Source: Nitrososphaerales archaeon
GTDB taxonomy: Archaea > Thermoproteota > Nitrososphaeria > Nitrososphaerales > Gagatemarchaeaceae
Length of the DNA stretch: 64,000 bases
Reading direction: 5' to 3'
Assembly: GCA_050013375.1 (NCBI GenBank)
Contig: JBEKFK010000001.1
Coordinates: 5,051-69,050 of the forward strand
Shown: positions 27,295-35,568 of the stretch, piece after piece
Numbering within the stretch: position 1 is the first letter of the stretch
How the letters are laid out: the number at the start of each line of letters is the position of its first letter
Position numbers and translations under genes: made by a program
Notes under the pieces: generated by a model
Seen by the model: the letters and a program-made list of their open reading frames with translations, nothing else
Database searches by the model: none
What the model was told of the DNA's origin: nothing

Positions 27295-28062
27295 TCACTG
27301 CCGGGGCTTGGCGAGGCTGTAGACGCAGACGTCGTTGAACTCGCAGGACCTGCACTTCCCCTCCGCCTTGGTAGGGATCGCCTCCCTCCTCTTCAGCCAG
27401 TAGTCCTGAGCCCAGGACACGGCCTCCTCCGCCTCCGACCTTATGTGCGGAAGAAGGAAGAACTTCAGCCCGTACCTTGACTCCAGCTGGGCCGTCTCGC
27501 CCTTCGCCAGGGCGCCCTTCACGAGCAGCAGCAGCGACTCCCTATCGGGCGGCGCCAGGGCCCCCTGCTTCACCCGCACCAGGACGAGGGTCAGGTCCGA
27601 ACAGTCGAAGCCCATCCTCTCCAGGAGGACGCCGTAGATCTTCACCTGGATGGCCTGGTCCCGCCAGAGCCTTGTGGGGTCGCCGCGCGTCGTCTTCAGC
27701 TCGACGATCCATCTCGGCCTGCCCTTCTCGAAGATCACTGCGTCGGGCACGCCGGCGACGAGGAGATCCCCAATCTGCGCATGAAGACCGAACGAGGCGG
27801 TGAGGCTGGGCGATTCTTCGATGTGCCTGATGAGGTCCTCCTTCTTCACCTCCTCCATGGCGAAGATCTCGTCGTGAAGGTCGGTCCCTATCTCCTTGCC
27901 CTCGCTGGGCACCTCGCCCAGCGTGTACTCGTTCTCGACCTTGGCTTCGCAGTAGAACTGCTGCGCCACCGTCGAGGCCCCTACGAATGCGAGGTCGTGG
28001 CGGTACAGGGGCCCGCCTTCGGGGATGTCGTCCCTGAGAGAATCCTTCCAGCTCCTTGCCAC
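27295..28062 (-). CDS. Cas4-like PD-(D/E)XK nuclease with 4-Cys cluster (orphan, no CRISPR locus nearby)
   Basis: An N-terminal Cys in QQFYCEAK, GVPD...IVELKTT (D...ExK), QVKIYG (QxxxY) and a C-terminal CRSCEFNDVC. This is the Cas4/DUF83 motif order. Confidence 0.75.
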   Translation of the reverse strand: MARSWKDSLRDDIPEGGPLYRHDLAFVGASTVAQQFYCEAKVENEYTLGEVPSEGKEIGTDLHDEIFAMEEVKKEDLIRHIEESPSLTASFGLHAQIGDLLVAGVPDAVIFEKGRPRWIVELKTTRGDPTRLWRDQAIQVKIYGVLLERMGFDCSDLTLVLVRVKQGALAPPDRESLLLLVKGALAKGETAQLESRYGLKFFLLPHIRSEAEEAVSWAQDYWLKRREAIPTKAEGKCRSCEFNDVCVYSLAKPRQ

Positions 28063-28110
28063 GACGGGTGAATTCGGCAGTGGCTAATAACGATGCTCCG
28101 GCGCGGGCCC

Positions 28111-29154
28111 TCAGTACTGGCTCTTCTTGCAGACCTTGCAGAAGAAGTCCGGGACGGGCTTCGACGCGCCGCAGAACCTGCAGAAGGGTACTAGCGCCTT
28201 CTTGACCCTGGACCTCAGCCTGACCTTCTCCCTCGCCTCCGCATAGTCACGGCTGGAGTAGAACTCCCTTACCATGGCGAGCCTCCTCCCGTACGCCGGG
28301 TGGGTCTGGAACGCCTCCGCGAACGTCGAGTCGCCCGGAGGGTCTCTCCCCTGGGCCGGATACCCGACGATCTTCAGCATCATCGACCTGAAGACGCCCG
28401 GATCGCCGACTATCAGGAGCGCCGCCCTGTCCGCCGAGATCTCCGAGTCCCTGTGCCAGGCGAGGAGCAGCATCTGGATGGGCATCGCCACCAGGCCGGC
28501 GCCGTAGAAGTTCGCGAGGAACTGCGCCCCGGCCCCGATGGACTCGGCCGCCGTGTGGTAGAGCAGGTGCTTCGACTTGACGTGTCCGAGCTCGTGGCCC
28601 ACTAGCGCCGTCATCTCGATCTCGTCGAGGGCGTCGAGGGCGGCGGAGGTGATAGCCATCACCGGGCTCTCGTCCCTCCCGAAGGTAGCCGCGTTGAGCT
28701 CCGGGGCGGGGATGACGAACGTCTCCGGGATCATCTCGAGACCGAGGGTCTCGCTGCAGTTGACGACGATGGCGCCCAGCCGCGACCTGGTCTCCACCCT
28801 CCTTCCGTTGGTCACCAGCCACGACCTCATTGAGTTCTCCCGGCCCTTGCTGAACATCCCCCCGATGAGGTAGGGGAGCGGACCGGTCTCCCTCAGCATC
28901 GCGAGGTTGTCCCTGTCCCCCGAGAAGAGGAAGTCCTTCGCGGTGACGTCGTACTTCGTCATGCCGATCAGGCGCCTTCGGCAGCTCACGCAGAACGTCC
29001 TGTCGAGCCGGTTGTACGCCTGGCAGAACCTGCAGGGGACCTCGGGCATGGACTTCTCCCTGCCTATCCGAGCACCGCACCTGGGACAGTACCCGGAGTT
29101 TTCCGGGATCCTAGTGCCGCACTTCCCGCAGAAGTGCGTCGGTTCGCTCGACAT
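28111..29154 (-). CDS. soluble M48-family zinc metallopeptidase flanked by zinc ribbons
   Basis: HELGHVKSKH (HExxH) plus a downstream EISADRAA. Zn ribbons: FCGKCG..YCPRCG and CRFCQ..FCVSCRR at the N-terminus, FCRFCG..FCKVCKK at the C-terminus. No TM helices were seen. Confidence 0.8.
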   Translation of the reverse strand: MSSEPTHFCGKCGTRIPENSGYCPRCGARIGREKSMPEVPCRFCQAYNRLDRTFCVSCRRRLIGMTKYDVTAKDFLFSGDRDNLAMLRETGPLPYLIGGMFSKGRENSMRSWLVTNGRRVETRSRLGAIVVNCSETLGLEMIPETFVIPAPELNAATFGRDESPVMAITSAALDALDEIEMTALVGHELGHVKSKHLLYHTAAESIGAGAQFLANFYGAGLVAMPIQMLLLAWHRDSEISADRAALLIVGDPGVFRSMMLKIVGYPAQGRDPPGDSTFAEAFQTHPAYGRRLAMVREFYSSRDYAEAREKVRLRSRVKKALVPFCRFCGASKPVPDFFCKVCKKSQY

Positions 29155-29266
29155 TGGGGTTTGGTCCGTAGCAATCCCCGATTAACCTTGTCGGAAGTCG
29201 GCCGTGCCGTCCGTCATGACGTGTGTCGTCCTTGGGCGCCCCCGCGTCTCGGACTACGCCGACAGC

Positions 29267-30235
29267 CTAGGACGACCGGTCAGAGTCAGACATCTCCTTC
29301 ACCACCGCCGACCAGGCATCCCTGACATTCGCTGGGTCGTACCCTCCTCCCCCCATGGCAAGGAGTCTCCCCCCGCAGACCCTGTGGGCCAATCGGTGCA
29401 GGCTCCGCGCCGCGTGCGCATGCGCCGCGGACGTGTACTTCAGGTGGGTGAGAGGGTCTCCTCGCAACCCGTCGGCCCCGCACTGCAGAAGAATCAGACC
29501 GGGCCTGAATGAGCCAACGAACTCCTCGACCCTGTTGAACGCCTCGACGAACTCGACGTCTCCTGCGCCCGGGGGGAGAGGGATGTTCAGCTTCGTGCCC
29601 GCTGCTTCCCCCGCCCCAGTCTCTCCCGCGCTCCCCGTCCCGGGATACAGCGAGCGTCCATCCTCGTGGATGTCTCCGATGATCACACGGGGGTCCGATT
29701 CGAACCCGTAGAACACGCCGTCCCCGTGGTGGGCGTCGATGTCGACATAGGCCACCCTATCGATGCCGGGGAGCGAGAGAGCCCTCCGGATTGCTATGGC
29801 GGCATCGTTGAAGACGCAGAACCCCCCGGCCTTCCCCTCTCTCGCGTGGTGCAGCCCGCCGACCGGGTTGAAGAAGTGGTCCAGCCTGCCCTCGAGGACC
29901 AGTCCCAGGCCGTCGAGGGTGCTGCCCACAGGAAACACGGAGGCCTCGTAGACGCCCCTGAATGAGGGGGTGTCAGCGTAGTCCAGGAACCCCTCGCCGA
30001 GTCGGGACGACTCCCTCACGAGGCTTACGTACTCCGGCGTGTGGAAGAGCAGCAGGTCTTCCGTGGTGGCGGGGACCGGCCTGATGACATCGAACCCCTC
30101 GGCAGAAGGGAGCCAATCGGCGAAGAGCTCGATCCTGGACTTGTTCATTGGATGGGGGTATGGGAACGAATAGAGCTCCGATTCCTTCCCGAAGGAGACT
30201 CCCAGCCTGCATCCGCCGGATGCGTCCCTGCCCAC
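29267..30235 (-). CDS. histone deacetylase-family enzyme (AcuC/acetylpolyamine amidohydrolase-like)
   Basis: GGLHHAREGKAGGFCVFNDAAIAI, DIDAHHGDG, GGGGY. A GTG at 30235 gives a start 5 nt after the upstream stop. The track ORF extends to 30295 and would overlap its neighbour. Confidence 0.85.
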   Translation of the reverse strand: MGRDASGGCRLGVSFGKESELYSFPYPHPMNKSRIELFADWLPSAEGFDVIRPVPATTEDLLLFHTPEYVSLVRESSRLGEGFLDYADTPSFRGVYEASVFPVGSTLDGLGLVLEGRLDHFFNPVGGLHHAREGKAGGFCVFNDAAIAIRRALSLPGIDRVAYVDIDAHHGDGVFYGFESDPRVIIGDIHEDGRSLYPGTGSAGETGAGEAAGTKLNIPLPPGAGDVEFVEAFNRVEEFVGSFRPGLILLQCGADGLRGDPLTHLKYTSAAHAHAARSLHRLAHRVCGGRLLAMGGGGYDPANVRDAWSAVVKEMSDSDRSS

Positions 30236-30239
30236 TTCA

Positions 30240-30581
30240 TCAGTTCTCGAGATCTTCCGCCGCCGCACGAGGGATCGAGCCCATGCTCTCTTCATCGGAG
30301 CGAAGTTCCATCCAAGTGTGACCGCAGGCCTTGCACCTGTACGTGTACTGGAAGTCCTTGACGTCTATTATGACCGGCTGCATCCCGATGACGGTCGGAC
30401 TGCCCTGGGGAGAGTATCCGCCGAGAACAGACGCGCTCGGAGGTCCCCCCTTAAGGTCGACGGTCGGGGCCTTCTCAAGATTCTCGTCCTCACCCACGAG
30501 CTTCTTGCTCACGAGCCGTAGCTCGAACCTGCGACCACAGGCGGGGCAGTGCCTGAACATGGTCCTGATCTCGGAAGCCAC
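30240..30581 (-). CDS. zinc-ribbon hypothetical protein
   Basis: 113 aa with CPACG near the N-terminus and CKACGH near the C-terminus, split by a ~70-aa insert. A TATA-like CTTATAATTAC sits on the minus strand ~30 nt upstream. Confidence 0.6.
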   Translation of the reverse strand: MASEIRTMFRHCPACGRRFELRLVSKKLVGEDENLEKAPTVDLKGGPPSASVLGGYSPQGSPTVIGMQPVIIDVKDFQYTYRCKACGHTWMELRSDEESMGSIPRAAAEDLEN

Positions 30582-30720
30582 GAAGTTCTCTTCGGCTCAC
30601 TTCGTAATTATAAGCCTTCACGAGCGGCCGAGAGCCCTGTCCTGCTGGGCGCCGCTCGTCCGGATACCGGGACCGGATTGGAGTGCCTCCCGAGTTCGCA
30701 GGACCGAAGAAATCCATGTC

Positions 30721-30729
30721 TTAAAATAT
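30721..30729 (+). promoter_or_regulatory. TATA-like box TTAAAATAT
   Basis: It lies 22-30 nt upstream of the ATG at 30751, a leaderless-type spacing. Confidence 0.35.
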
Positions 30730-30750
30730 GTCAAGCTCCCGGCGCCAACC

Positions 30751-30921
30751 ATGAGCGTATCGCGCGTCGGACCCAAGTCTAAGCGCAAGAAGGGCGCGGC
30801 GGATGAGCCCCGTCGCGCCGCCGTGAAGGACGCGATGCCAGACACTCAGCCGGCCGGGCGGATCCGGAGGATACGCAAGGTAACCGAAATCGTGGCTGAG
30901 AACGACGAGGAAGACGACTGA
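30751..30921 (+). CDS. small charged hypothetical protein (56 aa)
   Basis: MSVSRVGPKSKRKKGAADEPRRAAVKDAMPDTQPAGRIRRIRKVTEIVAENDEEDD. It has a basic body, an acidic tail and a TATA box at the correct distance. This is the 3' part of track ORF 30331..30921, whose upstream part looks non-coding. Confidence 0.4.
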   Translation: MSVSRVGPKSKRKKGAADEPRRAAVKDAMPDTQPAGRIRRIRKVTEIVAENDEEDD

Positions 30922-31004
30922 CCGATAGGGCCGGTCCGTGAAGGGGCACGGGACGGCAGACAGACCCCTACAGTTTTTTACACGCCATCCCGAGCAACGG
31001 TCCC

Positions 31005-31877
31005 GTGAAACCAGCAGCAGGCATCGCCCTGAGGTCGACCGTGTTTCCCCCGCACCTGATACCAAGCCTAGTCCCGCAGCTCGACTCGTATTTCTCCAAC
31101 CTGTGGTTCCCTTCTGTCTCCCCGCGCTTCGACGCCTTGGACATGTGCGGCATCTCGCTCGGCGCGAGCAGGAAGCTCAACGTGGGCACGGGGGTCATAC
31201 GGCTGCATGAACAGGACCTCGGCGGGCTCGCGAGCCGGGCCGACACCCTGAGCCAGGGCTCCGGGAACCGGTTCATCCTCGGGGTGGGGACGGGGTCTCT
31301 GCGGGGACGGACTGCGCTCGACGAGCTGGTGGCGCTGACGAAGAGGCTTCGGACCGGCTATCCCAGGACTCCACAGATCCCGATCTACTTCGCCGCCCTC
31401 GGGCCGAGGATGGTGAGGGCGGCGTACGAGAACGTAGAGGGCGTCCTTCTCAACTTCTGTTCCCCGCGGTACGCGTCCGACGTCACATCGCGGGAGGCGG
31501 GGACGAAGAAGGAAGGCTTCCAGGTCGCCTGCTACGTCAAGCTCTTCTTTGCGGAAAGCGAAGTCGAATCCCGGCGGATGCTCGCCAACGAGTTCGTCAG
31601 CTACAACGCCTTCCCGCAGTATCACGCGATGTTCGAGGCGATGGGAATCACGAGGACGATCGAAGGCTTCAGGGACCGCCGGGATGTCTCCGACCGCGAT
31701 GTCGCAGGGGAGATATCAGAGATCTCGCTGTCCAACCCGAGCCGAAAGCAGCTGCGCCAGCTCTTGGAGAAGTTCAGGGAGGCCGGGGTGGACGCCCCGG
31801 TGGTGTATCCCTACATCGCGGGCTCCGACGGATACAAGCTAGGCGTCGCTCTGAGGTTGCGCGACTGGTCGAGATGA
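31005..31877 (+). CDS. LLM-class (luciferase-like) F420-dependent oxidoreductase
   Basis: 290 aa with a GTG start. NRFILGVGTGS, YFAALGPRMVRAA and NPSRKQLRQLLEKFREAGVDAPVVYP fit the LLM pattern. Confidence 0.8.
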   Translation: MKPAAGIALRSTVFPPHLIPSLVPQLDSYFSNLWFPSVSPRFDALDMCGISLGASRKLNVGTGVIRLHEQDLGGLASRADTLSQGSGNRFILGVGTGSLRGRTALDELVALTKRLRTGYPRTPQIPIYFAALGPRMVRAAYENVEGVLLNFCSPRYASDVTSREAGTKKEGFQVACYVKLFFAESEVESRRMLANEFVSYNAFPQYHAMFEAMGITRTIEGFRDRRDVSDRDVAGEISEISLSNPSRKQLRQLLEKFREAGVDAPVVYPYIAGSDGYKLGVALRLRDWSR

Positions 31878-32357
31878 TGCCTCCGCCGGACGGAGGGCGA
31901 CTCGGCCCTTCACAGGCCGACTCCCGGGATGGTCCTTGAACCACCACTCAGGCACTGCGATCCCCTCCTTCACGTCCATGTGGTCGTAGGACTTCACGTC
32001 CAGCACGGGCGTGCCGTCCAGGGCATCGAGCCCCCGCACCATCAGGACGTTCCTCTTCCTCCCTATCAGCTCGACCACGCTCAACCCGATGGGGTTCGGT
32101 CGGTTCCTCATCCTGACGGCAAATATCCCGACCCTGGGCAGGTCCTCCTTGTCGCGCGGGTGCGTCGTCAGCCTTGCCCTCTCTTCCTTGGGCACCTTGT
32201 CCATCCAGAACAGGACTATCACGTGAGAATACGCTTCGATTCCACGGAGCGCCGGGGCGAGCTTCCCCTCAAGGACGACCTCAGAGACAACCCTCTTCCT
32301 GTTCGCGTGGATCTCCTTCTCGTCCGCCGATGTCCGCACGAACCCTATCGGCCTCAT
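31839..32357 (-). CDS. trmO: tRNA (t6A37-N6)-methyltransferase TrmO/TsaA family
   Basis: MRPIGFVRT..., YSHVIVLFWMD, RVGIFAVRMRNRPNPIGLSVVEL, LDGTPVLDVKSY. Internal ATG at 32357. Confidence 0.85.
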   Translation of the reverse strand: MRPIGFVRTSADEKEIHANRKRVVSEVVLEGKLAPALRGIEAYSHVIVLFWMDKVPKEERARLTTHPRDKEDLPRVGIFAVRMRNRPNPIGLSVVELIGRKRNVLMVRGLDALDGTPVLDVKSYDHMDVKEGIAVPEWWFKDHPGSRPVKGRVALRPAEASSRPVAQPQSDA

Positions 32358-32506
32358 CGCTATTGCCTTGGCCACGGGGACTTCGAGCGCGGCTTCGCGA
32401 AAGCCCCGATTTAACGGCACCGAAGCGCGGCGGGCCTCCGCGCATGCCGCTCGGGGGTATCCAGCCTATACAACCCATTAATATCCGGACGACGGCCTTT
32501 CGTACG

Positions 32507-33640
32507 ATGCTCGAAGAGCTAGGGATCAAGGGCGTCATCAACGCCACCGGCTGTCTCACCGTCCTAGGAGGCTCGGTCCTCGACGACGAGGTCCTCGACG
32601 CCATCAGGGAGGCCTCCAAGGTCTATCTGGACATGCCGAGGCTCCATGAGAAGGTTGGGGCCTTCGTCGCAGGGCTGACCGGGGCCGAAGACGGATACGT
32701 CACCTGCGGCGGAGCGGCCGGGCTCGCGCTGGTGGCGGGAGCCTGCATCACCAAGGGCGACACCGGCGCTATGTCGAAGCTTCCCAGGACGGCCGGGATG
32801 CGCAACGAGATAATCGTCCAGAGGCAGCACCGGAACCAGTACGACAACGCGCTCGAGATAGCGGGCGCGAAGATCATCGAGATAGGGTCCGACACGGGCT
32901 GCAGCGTCGAGGACCTGAGAGGCGCCATGACCGAGGATACCTGCGCGGTTGTATACTTCGCCTACGACCCTCAGCCCGGTGTCCTTCCCCTCGCAGACGT
33001 CATCAAGGGAGCCAAGGAGCGACAGGTGCCCGTGGCCGTCGACGCCGCAGCCGAGCTCCCTCCTCCGGACAACTTGAGGAAGTACCTGCGGATGGGGGCG
33101 GACATCGTGGTCTTCTCGGGCGGAAAGGACATCGGGGCACCGAACGACACCGGGGTGATTCTGGGCAGGAGGGACATCGTCTCCACGTGCAGGAGGTTGG
33201 GCCCCCACAGCTACGAGATGGCCGGTCCCAGGACGAGGACATACCTCGGGAGGCCGATGAAGACCTCCAAGGAAGACATACTGGCGTTCGCAGTGGCCCT
33301 GAGGCGGTATCTGCAGACCACGGACCATGAAAGGCGGATGGCCGGATGGGAGAAGAAGGTGGATCTCCTCCTCGAGGCGCTCTCGACGACGGGCTACCCA
33401 GCTAGGAAGCTGGTGCCTGAGTTCGACGGCAGGCAGCCCCGCCCCATGATCGTTCCACGGGTCGAGATTCAGACCCATGGGATGCCAATGACGGCGCGAG
33501 GGATAGTCGAGAAGCTGCGCGCGGGAGAACCAGAGATATTCGCCTACGACATAGGGGAGAACCTGTACCTCAATCCGCACTGCCTGAGGGACGGCGAGGA
33601 AGAGATCGTCGCGTCGAGATTGGCGAAGATCCTGGCCTAG
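32507..33640 (+). CDS. SelA-fold PLP-dependent enzyme (DgaE/SelA-like)
   Basis: MLEELGIKGVINATGCLTVLGGS and VVFSGGKDIGAPNDTGVILG (PLP Lys). ATG at 32507; the upstream 111 codons of the track ORF are low-complexity. Confidence 0.75.
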   Translation: MLEELGIKGVINATGCLTVLGGSVLDDEVLDAIREASKVYLDMPRLHEKVGAFVAGLTGAEDGYVTCGGAAGLALVAGACITKGDTGAMSKLPRTAGMRNEIIVQRQHRNQYDNALEIAGAKIIEIGSDTGCSVEDLRGAMTEDTCAVVYFAYDPQPGVLPLADVIKGAKERQVPVAVDAAAELPPPDNLRKYLRMGADIVVFSGGKDIGAPNDTGVILGRRDIVSTCRRLGPHSYEMAGPRTRTYLGRPMKTSKEDILAFAVALRRYLQTTDHERRMAGWEKKVDLLLEALSTTGYPARKLVPEFDGRQPRPMIVPRVEIQTHGMPMTARGIVEKLRAGEPEIFAYDIGENLYLNPHCLRDGEEEIVASRLAKILA

Positions 33641-33670
33641 GGGGGTCGAGCCCCACTGCGACGGTGGCTC

Positions 33671-34171
33671 CTAGTCTTGACTGTCCGGAATCAGCAGCTC
33701 GACGATGACCACGTCGCGCCACACTCCGTCCAGGCGGCCGTGCTTCTCGTACACGCCGACCTCGCGGAACCCGACCTTCCGGAGAAGCGCCCTGCTCGGC
33801 GCGTTGTCGACGAAGACCCGTGAGACGAGCTTCCGAAACCCCGCTTTCCTGCTCTCCGAGACGAGCTCCCGCATGAGCATGGTTCCCGTCCCATTCGCCC
33901 TGCGACTCCGCTCTACGTAGACCGAGAACTCGGCTATGCCGGCGTAGCAGTCCCTGTCCCTGTAGGTGGAGGTGGACGCGAAGCCGACGAGCGCACCAGC
34001 CGCCTCCGCGACGACGATCGGATGGCGGCCGTCGAACCAGCGCGCTATCTCTGACGCGTCCCGCGGCCTCGTCTCGAAGGTGGCGGTCCGGTCCTGGATT
34101 CCTTGGTTGTAGATTCTCGCTAACGAGTCAGAATCATCCACGACGGCCCTCCTTACCTGCACGATGGACAA
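33671..34171 (-). CDS. GNAT N-acetyltransferase, phosphinothricin/MSO acetyltransferase (PAT) family
   Basis: VRRAVVDDSDSLARIYNQGIQDRTATFET, RRANGTGTMLMRELV, GFREVGVYEKHGRLDGVWRDVV. Confidence 0.85.
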   Translation of the reverse strand: MSIVQVRRAVVDDSDSLARIYNQGIQDRTATFETRPRDASEIARWFDGRHPIVVAEAAGALVGFASTSTYRDRDCYAGIAEFSVYVERSRRANGTGTMLMRELVSESRKAGFRKLVSRVFVDNAPSRALLRKVGFREVGVYEKHGRLDGVWRDVVIVELLIPDSQD

Positions 34172-34369
34172 GTACAGCGAAAGCCCCGGTGCGATTCTAT
34201 TTCAACAAAATGGTTCCCTCCGCCGGCGTGGGCGCTTCTTTCGGAGCCCGGTGCGCGGGCCAGGGACCGCCGGGAGGCCCTCCTGGAACGCGCCCGAACC
34301 GTGACCGCCCATCACACGGCTCGGAACCATTAAATCCGATTAGCTGGACGTCGTCAACGGTCTGCCGGG

Positions 34370-34897
34370 ATGATAGCGCTAAAGTCAGTGAGATGCAACG
34401 CGTGCGGGCATCCTTACACCGTAGAGCAGCTCACGGGCGCGTCCCGGGTGATAACCTGTTCCAACTGTGGAACGCCCCACCAGCTCAAACAAAAGCGGCG
34501 GATAGTCAGAAGGAGGGGGACGGCTCTGATAGACACTCCCCGGGGGATCCTGCTCGTCGCCGGGAAGCGGAGGAGGTTCCTCTTGCCCGGAGGTGGCGCG
34601 CTCAAGGGAGAGACCAGGCGGGACGCCGTCGTCCGGGAACTGAAGGAGGAGATCGGCCTTACGGTCAAGACCTCCAGCTACCTCTTCTCCTACGACGACC
34701 CCAAGGACGGCAGGAGGGTCAGGAACCTGCACAAGGTCTTCCTGGTCGAGACCGAAGGGAGTCCGACGCCTGACAACCACGAGGTGAGGTATGTGGAGTA
34801 CTGGAACAGCGGGATGGACATACTTCTCAGCGACTCGGCGAAGGCCATCATCGACAGGTACCTCGCCAGCTTCAAGCACAAGCTCGGGTCCCGCTGA
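34370..34897 (+). CDS. Nudix hydrolase with N-terminal zinc ribbon
   Basis: CNACG...CSNCG, then the canonical Nudix box GGGALKGETRRDAVVRELKEEIGL. Confidence 0.85.
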   Translation: MIALKSVRCNACGHPYTVEQLTGASRVITCSNCGTPHQLKQKRRIVRRRGTALIDTPRGILLVAGKRRRFLLPGGGALKGETRRDAVVRELKEEIGLTVKTSSYLFSYDDPKDGRRVRNLHKVFLVETEGSPTPDNHEVRYVEYWNSGMDILLSDSAKAIIDRYLASFKHKLGSR

Positions 34898-34916
34898 CGC
34901 CCGGCCCGGATGGTCC

Positions 34917-35438
34917 ATGGTCGTCCTGCGCCCGGCAGGAGCCACCAGCTTAAAATCCACGAAAGAGAAAGCTCAGTCCGGATTGTCCCTCCCGAACAAG
35001 GTCTGGTACTTCGCCTATGGCTCGAACCTGAACCCCGACCAGATGAACAAGCGGGTCGGAGAGTGGCACCTTTCGAAGAGGGCTCTGGCCAGAAACTACA
35101 GGCTCGCATTCAACGTCTTCTCCGCCGAGTGGCAGGGCAACACGGCCAATCTTCTGGAGACCGGGAGGTTCGAGGACACAGTCTATGGCGTTGTCTACCT
35201 CCTAAACGAGGAACAGTTCCTGAAGCTGCAGAAGCACGAAAGGGTCGCGCCCGTCGAGATACACCTAGAACTGGAGGACGGGAACGAGATTTCCAGGGCG
35301 AAGGCCTTCATATGGAGCTCGACGACCAAGGAGCGCCCTCCCCCCGAACCCTACAGAAGGACGATGGAAGCGGGCCTTCTGCAGCACGGATACAAGAAGT
35401 CCCTGGTGGACAAGGTCCTGGGCAAGGCCGAGAAGTAA
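34917..35438 (+). CDS. gamma-glutamylcyclotransferase (AIG2/GGACT-like)
   Basis: VWYFAYGSNLNPDQMNKR, plus a catalytic-Glu region. ATG at 34917 avoids overlap with the upstream gene. Confidence 0.8.
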   Translation: MVVLRPAGATSLKSTKEKAQSGLSLPNKVWYFAYGSNLNPDQMNKRVGEWHLSKRALARNYRLAFNVFSAEWQGNTANLLETGRFEDTVYGVVYLLNEEQFLKLQKHERVAPVEIHLELEDGNEISRAKAFIWSSTTKERPPPEPYRRTMEAGLLQHGYKKSLVDKVLGKAEK

Positions 35439-35534
35439 GAACGGGCCCCCGACGGCACCGGAGTTGCGGTGCCACCAATGTCGGTTTCTGCCATTCTGGG
35501 CGTCGAGATTCGCTAGAGATTTGGGAAGGATTCC

Positions 35535-35544
35535 GGAAATTTCC
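35535..35544. promoter_or_regulatory. GGAAATTTCC palindrome within an array of GGAAA(T/C) motifs
   Basis: The palindrome abuts a TAAATA box (35545-35550) ~20 nt upstream of the htrA-like ATG at 35569. Further GGAAAT/GGAAAC copies are at 35551, 35563 and 35574. Confidence 0.3.
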
Positions 35545-35568
35545 TAAATAGGAAATACTGGCGGAAAC

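Noticed and set aside
32507-33640. The SelA-like gene as evidence for selenocysteine incorporation.
   Set aside because: Archaea do not use bacterial SelA for Sec synthesis. SelA-fold paralogs (DgaE-like) are ordinary PLP enzymes. No SECIS-like element or in-frame TGA gene was noticed.
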